A DNA stretch of 64,000 bases, from assembly GCF_006345805.1 (NCBI RefSeq), contig NC_043007.1, positions 73,222,001 through 73,286,000 of the forward strand, written 5' to 3'. The notes beneath the pieces are model-generated. The model ran no database searches and was not told the origin of the DNA. It saw only the letters and a program-made list of their open reading frames with translations. The position numbers and the translations under genes were made by a program. Of this stretch, positions 39,070 to 52,877 are shown piece after piece. The stretch is from Octopus sinensis (Eukaryota). The first letter of the stretch is position 1. Each line of letters opens with the position of its first letter.

Positions 39070-39460
39070 TAATAATGAAATTATTTTATACAGTGCTCAG
39101 GTGCACCACAACTTGTCAGAAAGTGCATATAGAGTATATGCAGTAATGTACAAATGTCTGGAAAGTGAACAATGTATGAGTCAGATACATGCTTGTGTGT
39201 GTATGGAGGGGAGAAAACCAGGTGTAGTGTTGGCGAATCTCAGGAAGCATGGAAGTTTTGAAGCATGCAGTGCTCCAACAACTAACAACTGATGCCGGCA
39301 GTTTGTTCCATGCTTCAGTAACTCTTAGCATGAAAAAATGTTTCTGAAAGTCATGGGAGCTGTGCTCTTTTCTGACTTTGTAAACATGTCCACGGGTGTT
39401 AGACAGGTGGAGTTTGAAAAGGTGCTCAGAGTTATTGTTTGTAAGATGGTTGATAATTAT
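39070..39460 (-). mobile_element. CR1/L2-group LINE 3' end
   Basis: LFKLHLSNTRGHVYKVRK..SHDFQKHFFMLRVTEAWNKLPASVV is the TRGH...FF..RV...WNxLP C-terminal signature. Confidence 0.85.
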
Positions 39461-39987
39461 GATCTTACATGATGAAGGACCTATAAGTAATTCACCAGTC
39501 CAAGAAATAATTACCAATCAAGAAATGGTAGAACCTAGTTGCAAGGGTCACCTGAGTATAGTACTTTAAATGTACAAAGAAGACACATGGCTTAGTGGTT
39601 AGGGTATTCAGCTTACAGTTGTAAGGTTGTGAGTTTAATTCCTGACAGTGCATTGTGTCCTTGAGTAAGACACTTTATTTCACTTTGCTCCAGTCCACTT
39701 AACTGGCTAAAATTAGTTTTACCTGTAATTCAAAGAGCCACCCTTGTCAAATTCTGTGTTGTGCTGAGGGAGACTCAGCATGACAGCATGTGAAGTGTAT
39801 GCATATCTGCAGGACACTCAGCCATTTGTATGTTAGTTTTACAAGCAGGCTGTTCCATTGACTGGATCAACTAGAATCCTTGTTGTCAGAACTAACAGAG
39901 CACCAATTTTAGTTTAAATGCACAAAAATAAAATAAAAATTAACCACAAATTGTAAAAAAGGGATATTATGGAATAAAGATAACCAA

Positions 39988-40346
39988 GGCACAGGAGTGG
40001 CTGTGTGGTAAGTAGCTTACTAACCAACCACATGGTTCCGGGTTCAGTCCCACTATAGCCTCGGGCTGACCAAAGCCTTGTGAGTTGATTTGGTAGACGG
40101 AAACTGAAAGAAGCCCGTCGTATATATGCATATATATGTATGTGTGTGTATATCTTTGTGTGTCTGTGTTTGTCCCCTCCAACATCGCTTGACAACCGAT
40201 GCTGGTGTGTTTACATCCCCGTAACTTAGCGGTTTGGCAAAAGAGACCGATAGAATAGGTCCTGGAGTCGATTTGCTCAACTAAAGACGGTGCTCCAGCA
40301 TGGCTGCAGTCAAATGACTGAAACAAGTAAAAGAGTAAAGAGTAAG
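39988..40346 (+). mobile_element. SINE family A
   Basis: Homology to 1016-1420, with a short internal deletion at CCCACT|ATAGCC. Confidence 0.85.
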
Positions 40347-41283
40347 ATAGAAGAGAGATCCATATCGGGACTAGTCTAAGAGGAAATTACAATGCTTGCA
40401 ATACAATTTTGATTTGATTGAGAAAAAAAAAATGCAAATTTAAAAAAATCTAAACAGTAGATTAGCAGACTCATTAGAATTTTTTTTTAAATGTCTTGTG
40501 GTATTTAATTAGTCACTTCTATGTTTTGAGTTCAAATCTTACCATAATCAACTAGGAATTTCATCCCTTGGAGTTGGGGAACATTAAAATAAAGTTACAG
40601 TTAAGTACTGGATCAATTTATATACCTATAATACTTCCTAGATGTATTATAAGAGAATGCAATTATACAGTATTTACATCTGACAGATATTTGTCCTCAT
40701 CTTATTTGTTGTTAACACGTTTCCGCTGATATACCCTCCAGCCTTCATCAAGTGTCTTGAGGAAATTTCGAACCTGGGTTCTCATTTTTCTATGTTATTA
40801 TTATTATTATTATTATTATTCAGGTTACTGCCTGGGATCGAAATAATAATAATAATTCTTTATATTTTAATTGATTTTTGTCAGCCCTTGTGGCCAATAA
40901 AACGAATTATTATTATTATTAATATTATTATTATTATTCAGGTCACTGCCTGGGATTGAACTCAGATCCTTGGGGTTTGTAGCCCACACTCCTAACAACT
41001 ACGCCATATGGCTGTGGGCAATTATGTGAGAACTAGAAATTTGTGATATTTTAGGCAAAGTAAATTATTTGATTGCTATAAAACTCTTATGAACAAATTT
41101 TTGTTTTGTTATTTATATTGGTTTCTGTACTAAGGCTATCAGGTTTGTCAGCCAGTATCTATTTTTATTCATTTATTTTTTTATTAATTAATTTATCTTT
41201 AACTCGGCCCAGGAATTACGTTTTTCTTTTCAGATGTTCAACTTTAAGGTTAAAAAAACTTGTTCATACACACACACACACGC

Positions 41284-41314
<31 letters not shown>

Positions 41315-41438
41315 GATATCTGAGCGTTATACTAATACATCTGTTTATTTTGTACACCACCTGTCTTCGTCTTTTGTTGTTTTTTTCGTAAACTCTCCCT
41401 ATATATATATATAGAAAATAGAATAGAAAATCTGAAAT

Positions 41439-41484
41439 CCACCTGATGAATGTCCTGAGAAGAGACATGAAACAATTGTAGTGG
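41439..41484 (+). ncRNA. Intact minimal type I hammerhead ribozyme (family H3)
   Basis: CCAC-CTGATGA-ATGTC-CTGAGAAGA-GACAT-GAAA-C-AATT-G-TA-GTGG: stems I, II and III all pair, all core nucleotides are present, GUA cleavage site at 41478-41480. Confidence 0.8.
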
Positions 41485-42007
41485 CGAATATAATTTTATT
41501 TAATTTATATTAAAATTTTTTTATGTATTGGATTAAGTCTTTCTTTGTTTGATTTGCAAAATAGTGGTTTTGTCTCTAATTAATATTATATATTATTTTA
41601 CTATAAAATTGGATTCAATCCTAAATCTGATTTTCCCTGTAAATTTGGATTTATTCCCTAATATTTATTATTATATATATATATATATATAGTTTTTTAT
41701 CTTTTAAAAATGCTAGCTAATAAACTCCCTGCCTATATCCTACATACGAAAATCAATGTCCATTTTTTTTTACTTTCATATATCTCGAACATTCTAATTA
41801 ATAGTAGTAATTAATTGGTGTTACAGAATTAACTGATATTAGAAAAAGTCGAATCGACTTCAATAGTTTCAGATAGAGATTCCAGAGTTCTCTCCCTTAC
41901 TCTATGTCTATTGCGATCTCAATTTTTTATTTTCTGTTTAAGAAATGTTAGGTTTTACAACGCAACTGTTTGCAGCATCAGAAAATCATCATCATTATTA
42001 TTATTAA

Positions 42008-42400
42008 TGCGGTGAGCTAGCAAAATCATTAGCACACCGAGCGAAACACTTAGCGGTATTTCGTCTGCGTTACGTTGTGAGTTCAAATTCCGCCGAGGTC
42101 GACTTTGCCTTTCATCCTTTCGGGGTCGATAAATTAAGTACCAGTTACGAACTGGGTCGATGTAATTGACTTAATACCTATGTCTGTCCGTGTTTGTTCC
42201 CTCTGTGTTTAGCCCCTTGTGGGTAATAAAGAAATAGGTATTTCGTCTGCCGTTACGTTCTGAGTTCAAATTCCGCCGAGGTCGACTTTGCCTTTCATCC
42301 TTTCGGGGTCGATAAATTAAGTACCGGTGAAACACTTGAGTCGATGTAATCGACTACTCCCCTCCCCCAAATGTCAGGCCTTGTGCCTTCAGCAGAAGCG
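42008..42400 (+). mobile_element. Tandem SINE family B copies (one full, one 5'-truncated)
   Basis: Core GAGTTCAAATTCCGCCGAGGTCGACTTTGCCTTTCATCC occurs twice. Confidence 0.85.
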
Positions 42401-45400
42401 ATTGTTATTATTATTTATTAGACTTCGGTCAGTTCAGAAAGAACAGTGATTCATTCTTAAGCGATGCATCACAAAGAATATATATTTCAGAATATGATTT
42501 AAGGCTTTAGAATATTAACGCATTCAGGCAAATACTTAAACGAGTTGAAAAATATGCTGTTCAAAATTTTGTTTTGTTATAAGTATGATGAATAAAACGA
42601 TGTAAGCAATAATGTTCTATAGTTTTATTGTAAATTTTTAAAGTTTATAAATTAAAAAACAAAATTCTCTGTCCAGTGCGCTTCTGGCAAATGTAAAAGT
42701 AAAAAAAATTAAGAAGCACCGAAATAGAGGCTAAGTTTTGAGCTTTTGAATATAGCAATGGTCAGGATAAAAGTCCAATCAGACGAACTTCTCTACTGAA
42801 AAGTCGAAGGGTTGGGCTTGGATGAAAGAGTAAAACTAAGTTAAAGATAACTTGTAGATTAATAAAGAGAAATACAAAACTAGATAGGTTTATTAGTAGC
42901 GTAGCAAGACCATATTGCCGTCCAGGACAGCCCTTCATTTTGGCATCTCCATTCTCCAGGCTCGCAAGCCTTTACAGGCTTATTCAGCAGACTCAGAAGT
43001 ACCTTTCTCCCATAAAAACGACACCTGGGTGGAACCCCCCCCCCCTCATTTACCACTAGCTACGTTATTGGAATTAATTTGAGAGGAGAGAAATTACAAA
43101 GTGAAATTGTGATGTTTGACAATGAATCGGAATGCTGCTATTGTTGGTGCTGCTACTGCTGCTGCAGGTAGTGATGGTGGTTGACGTGATACTTTAAAGG
43201 TATTTTTGTCCTTATGATAATCTTTCTTGTGTGGTGGTATCAATATCAACTGCCGTCCATGGGCAATGTTTTCAAGGCCTTGAAAATGTTTTGTTTCGCT
43301 TGCATATCACAGTGTCAAATTTCTTAGTAAACCATTTTACAAAATGTAGGTGCGATAGCATTAATATATTCAATGAATAAAACATCAAAACGCAAGCTAG
43401 AAAGTAGAACATGGTGAGTAAAAAAAAACCCTCAACAACTTTATTAGTCAATGACTTTAAAAAAAATTTTCTCAACAAGTAGAAGAGAAATGCTGAAGTA
43501 GAGATGAAAAAATCGCTAAAACTGTTATTTGCTTTACAAAAGTATTTGAAAATTGTTCGTGTGTTAATTCTGAGATAAGTCAGTGTGTAGAAAAACACAA
43601 TAGATTGTTTGAATAGAAGGGGATAATTAAAGGGCCAGGGAATTACAGGTGTTGGACATTTTGACAGCCCTTTTACTGCCGTCTGCTTGACGTTGCTGAT
43701 TCAAAGATGATTAAACTAACATCAGGCGTTTTTTTAATGTTTCTCCCGTTCTCTCCCTCCTTTCCTATCTCTGTCTGTCTGTCTCTCTCTCACACACGCT
43801 TGCACCCCCCCCCCACATACACACACACTGTATGTGTATATTTCATCACACACGTACGAGTATCTGTATGTGTCTGCCCCTAATGCTAAAATGTACTGTC
43901 ACTAAAACAGGCTCATTGTCCAGTCAGCCGTTCCAAAGTCTGCATCCAATCAGTTCCTTCTGATGAATTACAAACATTTCGTCAAATTCATGTGTAGCGG
44001 GAGGGACTGCTGATGGCAGAGGGTGCAAGAGGATGCCATCTGAACAGAAGGGAAAGGAATTAGTAAAATTTGAGCTTGAACTTTTAGAAAAAATGCTGTT
44101 GATACTGTTCAGTCTTATGTTAGTTTATAGCCTCGAATCTTCTAAGAATAAGAACTAAGAGAGACAGCCATTCATTGATAGACAAGACTGGAAATATGGT
44201 ATTTATTCCACTCAACCTTTGAAAGTATTAAAGAAATTAACATTAGAGAGGTAATAAAGAAACTGAAGAAGATCAAAAATAATCATTTTCTTAATGTTAG
44301 ATTTAAAAGAAATATAAATGTCATTTGGAAATCAGATAAGTTATGAGCTAAGCAGTTTTGATAGTTAATTTTATAATTAAAAGATATTATTTAGGAGCTT
44401 GTTTGGGTTAATATTCATTATTTGATTATTTGATGATAGTCATTAAAACGCTAATTGTGTGTGTACGCGTGGAATGTTCTTGGTGACTTCAATTTCCAAA
44501 ACCAAATATTTACCATCCTTAATCTCATTTTCAACTCCAAACTTACAACTGACTCTATGCTGGTCACATCCCCTGACCGCTGTCTAACCAAAGGTCACAT
44601 AAACGCATCCACATATTGCATACCCACCTGCACCTTGAATTGTCTGAGATCCCCATTAATTTCATATTGGCTAACCTTGGCAGCAAATGTGCTTCTCCCC
44701 TAATGTAGGTCACTGAAACTGTCTTATTAATTATGTCCCTTCCCAGGAAGGCGAGCTGGCAGAATTGTTAGTACACCAGGCAAAATGCTTAGCAGTATTT
44801 CTTCCATTCTGAGTTCAAATGCTACTGAGGTCAACTTTACCTTTCATCCTTTTGGGGTTGACAAAATAAGTACCAATTGAACACCAAGGGGTATTCAACT
44901 TTACGCCTCCCCCGAAATTGCTGGCTTTGGTACTTATTCTATTGAACTCTTTTGCTGAACTGCTAAGTTATGGTGATGTAAACACACCAACACCGGTTGT
45001 CAAACAGTGGTGGTGTACAAACACAGACAAAAATGCACCCACACACACACACACAGAGTGAGTGTCTTTCAGTTTCTGTCTACCAAATCCACTCTCAAGA
45101 CTTCAGTCAGCCTGAGGCTTTTAGTACAAGACAATTGCTTAGGACACCACACAGTGGGAATGAACCTGGTACCATGTGGTTGGGAAGCTAACTTCTCACT
45201 ATACAGCTACAACTTCTGAAAGCAAGATCACTACTACTGAGCCCAGGTAAACATAACAATACATCAACACTGACGCAACTGCAATGTCAATAACCTCACT
45301 GGCCACCAACCCCATAATGACATGAACACTGCCAACAATAATGCCAGTGGAACATGAATTGCCATGCTCTGATTCTATCACACTTTGTAGAACTCATTCT

Positions 45401-46400
45401 CTAATTGTGACTACCAGAAACTGCAAACATACAGAAAGAGACTGGACAGTGGAAAGAATGTGTGTCCAGGATGTGATATTGCACTATTTATGACTCAATG
45501 CAATGTGTTTAGAGGTATATATTGTTTTCAATGCAGTGAAGGTAAGGTGTAACCAGAGAAACAGATCTGGTTTGTGTCTGGACTGGGATTTGAATGTACA
45601 ATGTAAGGTAGATACATATCATAACATTTTGTCCACTTCTCTGATTTCTTGCTACTTTGATACAAGGATATGAATGTTGGAAGAGTAATATTGTCCTGGT
45701 CATTGGTCTCAGTACTTGACGGGTACTAATTTTACAAATCCCAGTGATCTCTCTTCAATATCTTAACTACAAACTACACACACCTTGGTTGATCTACAAG
45801 CACTCTAGCTGATGTAATGTCTTCATTTTTGGTAGAATCATTAGCACATCAGGCAAAATACTTAGCAGTATTTCATCTGCCTTTATGTTCTGAGTTTAAG
45901 TTCTAATGAGGTCATCTTCACCTTTCGTCTTTTCAGAGTTGATAAAATAAATACCAGTTGAGGCACTAGGGTCGATGTAATCCACTTAACCCGACCCCCA
46001 AAATTGCTAACCTTGTGCCAAAATTTGAAATCATTATATTCTAGCAGCAGATTGTATTTACCCTACAAGCCCTAACTGCAGCTACAAAAAATTTCTGGAA
46101 GAGATTAATAGATATTATTTCGAGACATATCCAACATATTCCAAATACCCATTTTAGAGTGACTTGGCAATTTTCATAATAAGGATTTTTAACACTGACA
46201 CTACAGATTTTAAGAAAAAAGTATTGTTACTGACATTAGTTGCAATTCTTGTTTGCTATTTTGTTTTAATCAACTTCAGGAGGGTGAAAAGTAAAACCAG
46301 CTTAGGTGGAATTTGAACTCAGAACAAAAATGTTTGTAACTAAATATAATACTGTATTTTATCTGATGCCTTGATTTTTGCTTTGGAAACAAGACAACTA

Positions 46401-47297
46401 ATTTTGGGAGATATATTAATTTTAATTGATCTCAATACGTTACTGTAAAACAATTTTATCAACCCTAAACATATCTTATCTTCATGATATTGAATACTGA
46501 TTTTAAATTTTGGTACAAGGCCAACAAGTTTGGGAGAAGTGGTAAGTTGATTAAATTGACCTCAGTGCTTGACTGGTACTTATTTTATCAACACTGAAAG
46601 GATGAAGGTCAAATTTGACTTCAGCAAAATTTGAAATTAGAATGTAAAAATGGACGAAATTCCACTAAGCATTTTGCCCCACATGCTAAGACTTTTGTCA
46701 GCTTGCCACCTTATGATATTGAGTATTGGCAAACTTTCTACTTACTGCATTTCTTTCAAATAAATAAGATTAATATCTTACTTTCTGTCTAGTTTCTTGG
46801 TGTCCCTGCTACCTGCTTTCTTTGACTCCTCCAAAGTTGGTTGTTATCTCTTAGAGTCTTATCTACAACACTATTCAAACAACATGTTGCTTGCTGTTTG
46901 GTTGGTCATAGAAGAGGTCAATATTAAGCTATTTTCTGTAAGATATTGTTCAGATTTGTCCTGGAATCCATTTTAGGGTTATATGGAACCCAAAATATTA
47001 GCAAACTTCATTTTTTTTTTTTTGTCGATCTCAAGTGAGTTGAAGTATTTTGTTTATGAAATGATACGTCTTTAGTCTATAAAGTTAACCTAATTTCGAG
47101 CTATGTGTTACATCACATCTCTTCATGTTAGATAATGTCTAGATAAAGAGATCATGTTCTCTATCTAGATTTAGAAACATCAGACTGATAGCAAATAACA
47201 ATACTTCAATTAATCTTTGAATTAACAGACATTGTTGGCATGTTTAATGTTTGTTCTCTTTATGAAAGCTCATCAATAAAATGTAGCTTTTTTGCAA
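46401..47297 (+). repeat. Left arm of long inverted duplication (interrupted by SINE B at 46500-46712 with a 16-bp TSD)
   Basis: Reverse complement of 56840-57517; TSD ATGATATTGAATACTG / ATGATATTGAGTATTG. Confidence 0.85.
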
Positions 47298-48104
47298 GCC
47301 ATCAAAGTATGATGGCATGGGTTAAAGAAATTCCTTGTGTTAGGTTTTTTGTTCCAACCCTTACCTATTTTCAAGTAAGGTGATATTTCCCCTCGTCCCT
47401 CAAACAGGGCCAGCACATTAACTGGATATGTTTTCATGGAAGCCTGCAAACGAATGACTGCTTGTATGATGGTACATTTTGTTTATAAACAGAAAAACAT
47501 AGAAATACAAACACACATATACACATACAATGTTTACCAAATTCACTCACACGACTTTGGTTACCAAGAGCTATAGAAAGAAAACTTGGGCCAAGGTGCT
47601 ACTAAGTGGGATTGAATCTGAAACAACATAGTTGTGAAGTGAACTTCTTAAGCACACAGCCATAGACACACACATGTATCTGGAGTGTTGTACTTTTATT
47701 AGGACCACTCATGGAGGCCAAGGTCAAAGAAGAGAAGTGAGACTGAATGTGACCTGCCTCCACTTCAAGACTCCAGTGGCCTAGCAAGTGGACGTTGATG
47801 AAAACAATGGTTGAACTGGCAGAGGATGGCAATGACAAAGTTCTAGGTGATACCACTTTAGACTGCAACCAATTCAGAGGAAATCTGTCGCAATTTCATC
47901 ATTTGATATTGCCTGTTTCAGTTTACATCTTCTGCAGACGATGGTTCTAAAACTATTGTGTGTGGGGGGGGGGGGTCACATCCTTGCAAGTTGAGATCCA
48001 CTCTAAATAAATCCACAGCATTTGGCATTTCTTTCTACTGATATTTCCTTCAGCTGAGAAAAATTGAAACTCTAACATAAGAAACAGCCACTGTTACCAA
48101 TATA

Positions 48105-49012
48105 TCATTATCATTATTATCATCCTTTAACCTCCATTTTCCATGTTGGAATGAGTTGGATGGTTTGACCAGAGCAGAGAGCTGCACCAGGTTCCAGTCT
48201 GATTTGGCTTGGTTTCTACAGCTGGATGCCCTTCCTAATGCCAACCATGCCAAGAGTGCTTTTGCATGCCACTGACACAAGCACTTTTATGTGGCACCAA
48301 CATGAGTACTTTTTATGTGGCACCAGCACCAGATTTTTGCAGGTCAGTCCTCTTCACCAAGGGATGTGGCTTTAACACTTCTGCTGTGGAGGACAAGTCT
48401 TCTTGAGTACAGCAAGACACCAGGTATCTTGGTCCTTTGTCATCTTAGCCAAAAGGTTCAGTCTCTTAACGTCATCCTTCAGTACTTCATCCCATGTCTT
48501 CCTGGGTCTCCCACTTCCATGAGTTCTATTTACTTTGAGTGAACAGCACTTTTCTATGGAGCTATCAACATCCATCTACATCACATGACCAACCCAACAT
48601 AGTCTCCTCTCTGGTACACTGCATCTAATTCCTTTTATACTTAACCTCTTTCTCAATATACTAACACTCTGTTGCACATATACACTTACATTAAACACTT
48701 AGCAGAGCATACTAACCTCATTTCTCTCTAGTCTTTGCATGTCCTCTGCATTCAAGGCTCACATCTCACTATCATGTAGAATTACAGTTTGTATGCATTC
48801 ATCATATCTTTTCACTTGGAGAGAGAAACCTTTGGTTGTCAACTGAGGTAAAAGCTCTTTGAATTTTCTTCACCCTATTCTAGCTATTACACTCTCTGTA
48901 CATCCTCCTCCACTACTAATTTGAACCCCTAGGTAGCAGAAATTATCCACTACCTCTAAAAAGCCTCTGGGGCATTTGAGAAAATCAATTTCCTGAGTAT
49001 CTACAGTTTTAT
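48105..49012 (-). mobile_element. RTE LINE 3' fragment with family-C 3' UTR and (ATG)n tail
   Basis: RRLCWVGHVM*MD...GSGRPRKTWDEVLKDDVKRLNL. Confidence 0.8.
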
Positions 49013-49440
49013 GGCTCCTGTGCAGACAGATTTTCTTCAATTAAAAATTATTAATCATAAAAAGCACACACAATATGTATGTACTTTTGCTGTTTACAAC
49101 TTTTTAAACAAACATGTGATGAGGTAATTAGTATTGAGGAAGTTGTTATTAGTAGCAGTGTTGACAATTTACAGCTTGGTTTTGGATTTTGAATTCTTAT
49201 AAAGTATTTTTCTTTTACCTTCCATTGTTAATCATTTTCTTCCTTTATTTCACAAAAAGGAAATATTTTGCATTTTTACCATTTACACAAGTATCTCAGT
49301 GGAATATTTCTAAAAGATGTATCTTCAATTTGTTGCTTATGTATCCTAAACCCAATGCATTCATTCTGATCCATATAATTCTCATGACATTGTGGGCATA
49401 CAGTGCGCCACATGAGAACTTTTTGTTTTGCAATGCATAC

Positions 49441-50131
49441 AGTGTTAAAACAGTCACCTTTGAGCTAAAACTTCATCTTGGGGAAGAGATCTAAGTCAAC
49501 TGATGCTAAATTTAGTGAATAGGCTGGGTATGGCAGTAACACCATGTTGTTTTTGGTAAGAAACTCACGCGTGAAGAGTGCATTGTTGTGAAGAATCCAA
49601 TTCTTTGTGCTCCACAAAGCTAGTCACTTTTGCTGAATGTTATCCTTCAAATACTTAAAAACATCGTTGATTGTCCTCTGACGATCCTCATACACAAGTT
49701 GATGAATTTTCTCCACATTTCTGGGGGTAACACTCATGGCAAGTCTTCTAAATTGCTCATCATCTTCCAGGGATGTTCTTCTGCTTTTGAAGTGCCCATA
49801 CCACTCAAAACATGGCATATGACCCATTGCCTCACCACGGTAAGCTTGCTGAAGCATTCTCAGATCTCTGTAGTAGACTTCCCAAGTTTAACGCAAAATT
49901 TCACATTGGCTCTTTATTCCAACTTCCTGTCCATGACAAAAGTTACAGACTACAGCATACACATGATCACAAAAAAAAACAAATTTCACAACTTGTGAAG
50001 TAAACACAATGATATCACTCTGCACACTGCTTCATGAAGGTCACTGCTAGCTCTCACTGCACACGCAACCATGTGCTGCCATCTGTTGGTGTGCTACAGA
50101 ACTAGTCCGGGAACTTTTTGATACCACCTTG
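49441..50131 (-). mobile_element. Mariner-like element, same family as 22039-22947, deleted and truncated
   Basis: TIR ACTAGTCCGGGAACTTTTTGATACCACCTTG|TA; relics CFEWYGHFKSRRTSLEDDEQ and PYPAYSLNLASVDLDLFPKMK. Confidence 0.85.
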
Positions 50132-50191
50132 TATATCTATCTATCAATCTATGTGTCCATCTGTCTGTCTGTCTATCAGTCACTCTCTCTC

Positions 50192-50230
<39 letters not shown>

Positions 50231-51926
50231 TTGGAAGTGGATGCGTGGCATTCGATCATATAATAACAAAATAATAAATAAAACATATGCATATATACAT
50301 ACATATATGTACATACCTACATCTATATGTATATATACATGCATATATGGGTACAGGACACCAAAAAAACCTATATATATATATATATCATTGCTATTAT
50401 GCAAAAGTGTCTTAAATCCAAAACATTGCTTTTTTTTTTATCAGAAAACAAAAAATAGTTTGACCATTCCATAGCAAAACAGTTGTACTACACTTTGACA
50501 ATTTTTGATATCTTGGCATCTGAAGCAGCTGGAGATACAATAGTTTGACCAAAAGAACTGGCTATTGCAAGCAAAAATAAATATTGAAAAAAAATGCATT
50601 TGCCCAAATTTGGACGTGCAACAGTTTAACATAATAGTAACGATGTATATATTGTAGCCCAACTCATCTGAAAAGTTCTTAGTCTTGCAAGCTACATGAT
50701 ATCCTCTCTATGCTGGTACCACAAAAAGAGCACCAGTGTTCTGTGTGAAGTGGTTGGCATTAGAAAGGTTACCCAGTTGCAAAAGAGACCATACCAAAGC
50801 AGACTTTGAAGCATGATGCATTCCTTGAAACTAGTGGATCCTATTAAACTGTCCAACCCATTCCAACATGGAAGACAAACATTGAAAGATGATTGGTAGT
50901 TAATGGTACATGCCCATACACACTCACAGATGCACACATATATACATATATATACATATATTTACACACATAGTCACAGTTGGTCTCTTTGTTTTCTTGT
51001 CTTAACTAAAGTACTGAAAACATAATTTCCTCAGACAGTGACACCATAATATATCATTAACTTTGGTACATTTTAAATGCAATCTCACAGTGGCTGCTTT
51101 GTATCCTAATTAATGTATTACAGAAGCATTTGATTATTAGCTCCAGGCCAGCAGTCTTTGAACAGCCCTATGATCAAAGGCAATTCATCCATAACCATCC
51201 AATCTAGTTTTCAAACAGTCTATCTAAGACTATATTTTCTAATGTGTCCTTCATGTTTACAAAGTTAGTAAGGTTTAATTTGAGGGGTATTTTAGTTGCT
51301 ATTTCTAGCAGGTCAAACATTCATGTAGAGACGCACTCACTGGTTTGACAGTAGCTGGTCTGTTTAATGCAGTGTCACTGTTGCTGCTGTTAAGAACTTC
51401 TGATAAGAAACTAGCTGTGATTATGAATTACTTTTCTCTCCATATTATCTATTTATTTATTTACAAAATCTCTAATTTAAGAAGAATTTATTTTTATAAT
51501 TTTACCCAGTGATGTTAGTATTGTTTGATTAAGAGTAAATAGTCACAACTGTGATTTGTCAAGTTTCAGTCTACTTTTTGCTAAACCGAAATCTAGTTTG
51601 TAATTTTACAATTAAAAAAGAGTTTATTTTAGTCATGGAATTATTGGAATGATGCTTGGTAATCAGATGCTCTGGCACCAGTCAACAGAAGGTACTTAGA
51701 TTACAGTGTCATTCAGGACTGGTTGCTGGGCTGTTCACTAGAGTCTGCTCTGTGAGAATTCAAACATTGATGCTATGCACCATAAAAATGGTGTGTTCTA
51801 TTCTGTCTTTATGAAAAGCTTTTAATGTTTATTAAGTTCTTGACTTGAAGTTCAGGATTGTATCATTCCTTGCACTAAATTAGAAGAAGGAACGGGGGAG
51901 GAGGAGGAGGAGATTAAGGATATGTA

Positions 51927-51967
<41 letters not shown>

Positions 51968-52097
51968 TTTAATGTCCATTTTCCATGCTGGCATGTTTTG
52001 GATACAGATACACACACACATGCTATACTATGTATATGTGTATGTGTGTGTATGTACATACATATATATATATTTGTATGTATGTATACATATCTGT

Positions 52098-52135
<38 letters not shown>

Positions 52136-52136
52136 A

Positions 52137-52873
52137 CTCTGGTATGGTCACGTGGCGAGAATGGATGAAGATAGGTGTGTGAAAAAGTGCCAATCCCTAG
52201 CAGTTGAGGGAACCCGTGGAAGAGGTAGACCCAGGAAAACCTGGGACGAGGTGGTGAAGCACGACCTTCGAACTTTAGGCCTCACTGAGGAAATGACCAG
52301 CGACCGAGACCTTTGGAAATATGCTGTACGTGAGAAGACCAGGCAGGACAAGTGAGCCCAGCCCACTTATGCATGCCTTTCCTCCCTTGGACACAAAGAC
52401 CTGTTGAGGCAAGCGAAGTCGATATCGAACCTCATCCGACGACAGGCACCCATGCCAACCCCCTTTGCTTGCGAAGACATGTTGGCGCAAGTGAAATCGA
52501 AATTGAACCAATCCTATGACTGCCACCCGGCAGATGCCAGGACCCCTGGACTGGTGGTACATAAAAAGCACTATCCGAATCGTGGCCGATGCCAGCACCG
52601 CCTCGACTGGCTTCCATGCCGGTGGCACGTAAATTGCACCAATCCAACCGTGGCCGTTGCCAGCCTCGCCTGGCACCTGTGCGGGTGGCACGTAAAAAGC
52701 ACCCACTACACTCACAGAGTGTTTGGCGTTAGGAAGGGCATCCAGCTGTAGAAACATTGCCAGATAAGACTGGAGCCTGGTGCAGCCTTCTGGCTTCCCA
52801 GATCCCCGGTCGAACCGTCCAACCCATGCTAGCATGGAGAACGGACGTTAAACGATGATGATGATGATGATGA
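52137..52873 (+). mobile_element. Young 5'-truncated RTE LINE (ORF end, 3' UTR and (GAT)n tail)
   Basis: LWYGHVARMDEDRCVKKC...GTRGRGRPRKTWDEVVKHDLRTLGL...REKTRQDK* ending at 52355; CpG-rich. The 3' UTR is homologous to family-C fragments at ~2780, 15275, 23260, 25352, 36850, 50700 and 62728. Confidence 0.9.
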
Positions 52874-52877
52874 TATA

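Noticed and set aside
41234-41248. Possible 15-nt microexon (TTTTCAG|ATGTTCAACTTTAAG|GTTAAA) of a divergent + strand gene
   Set aside because: Weak donor and no other recognisable + strand coding exon between 33.2 and 64 kb; RNA-seq would be needed.
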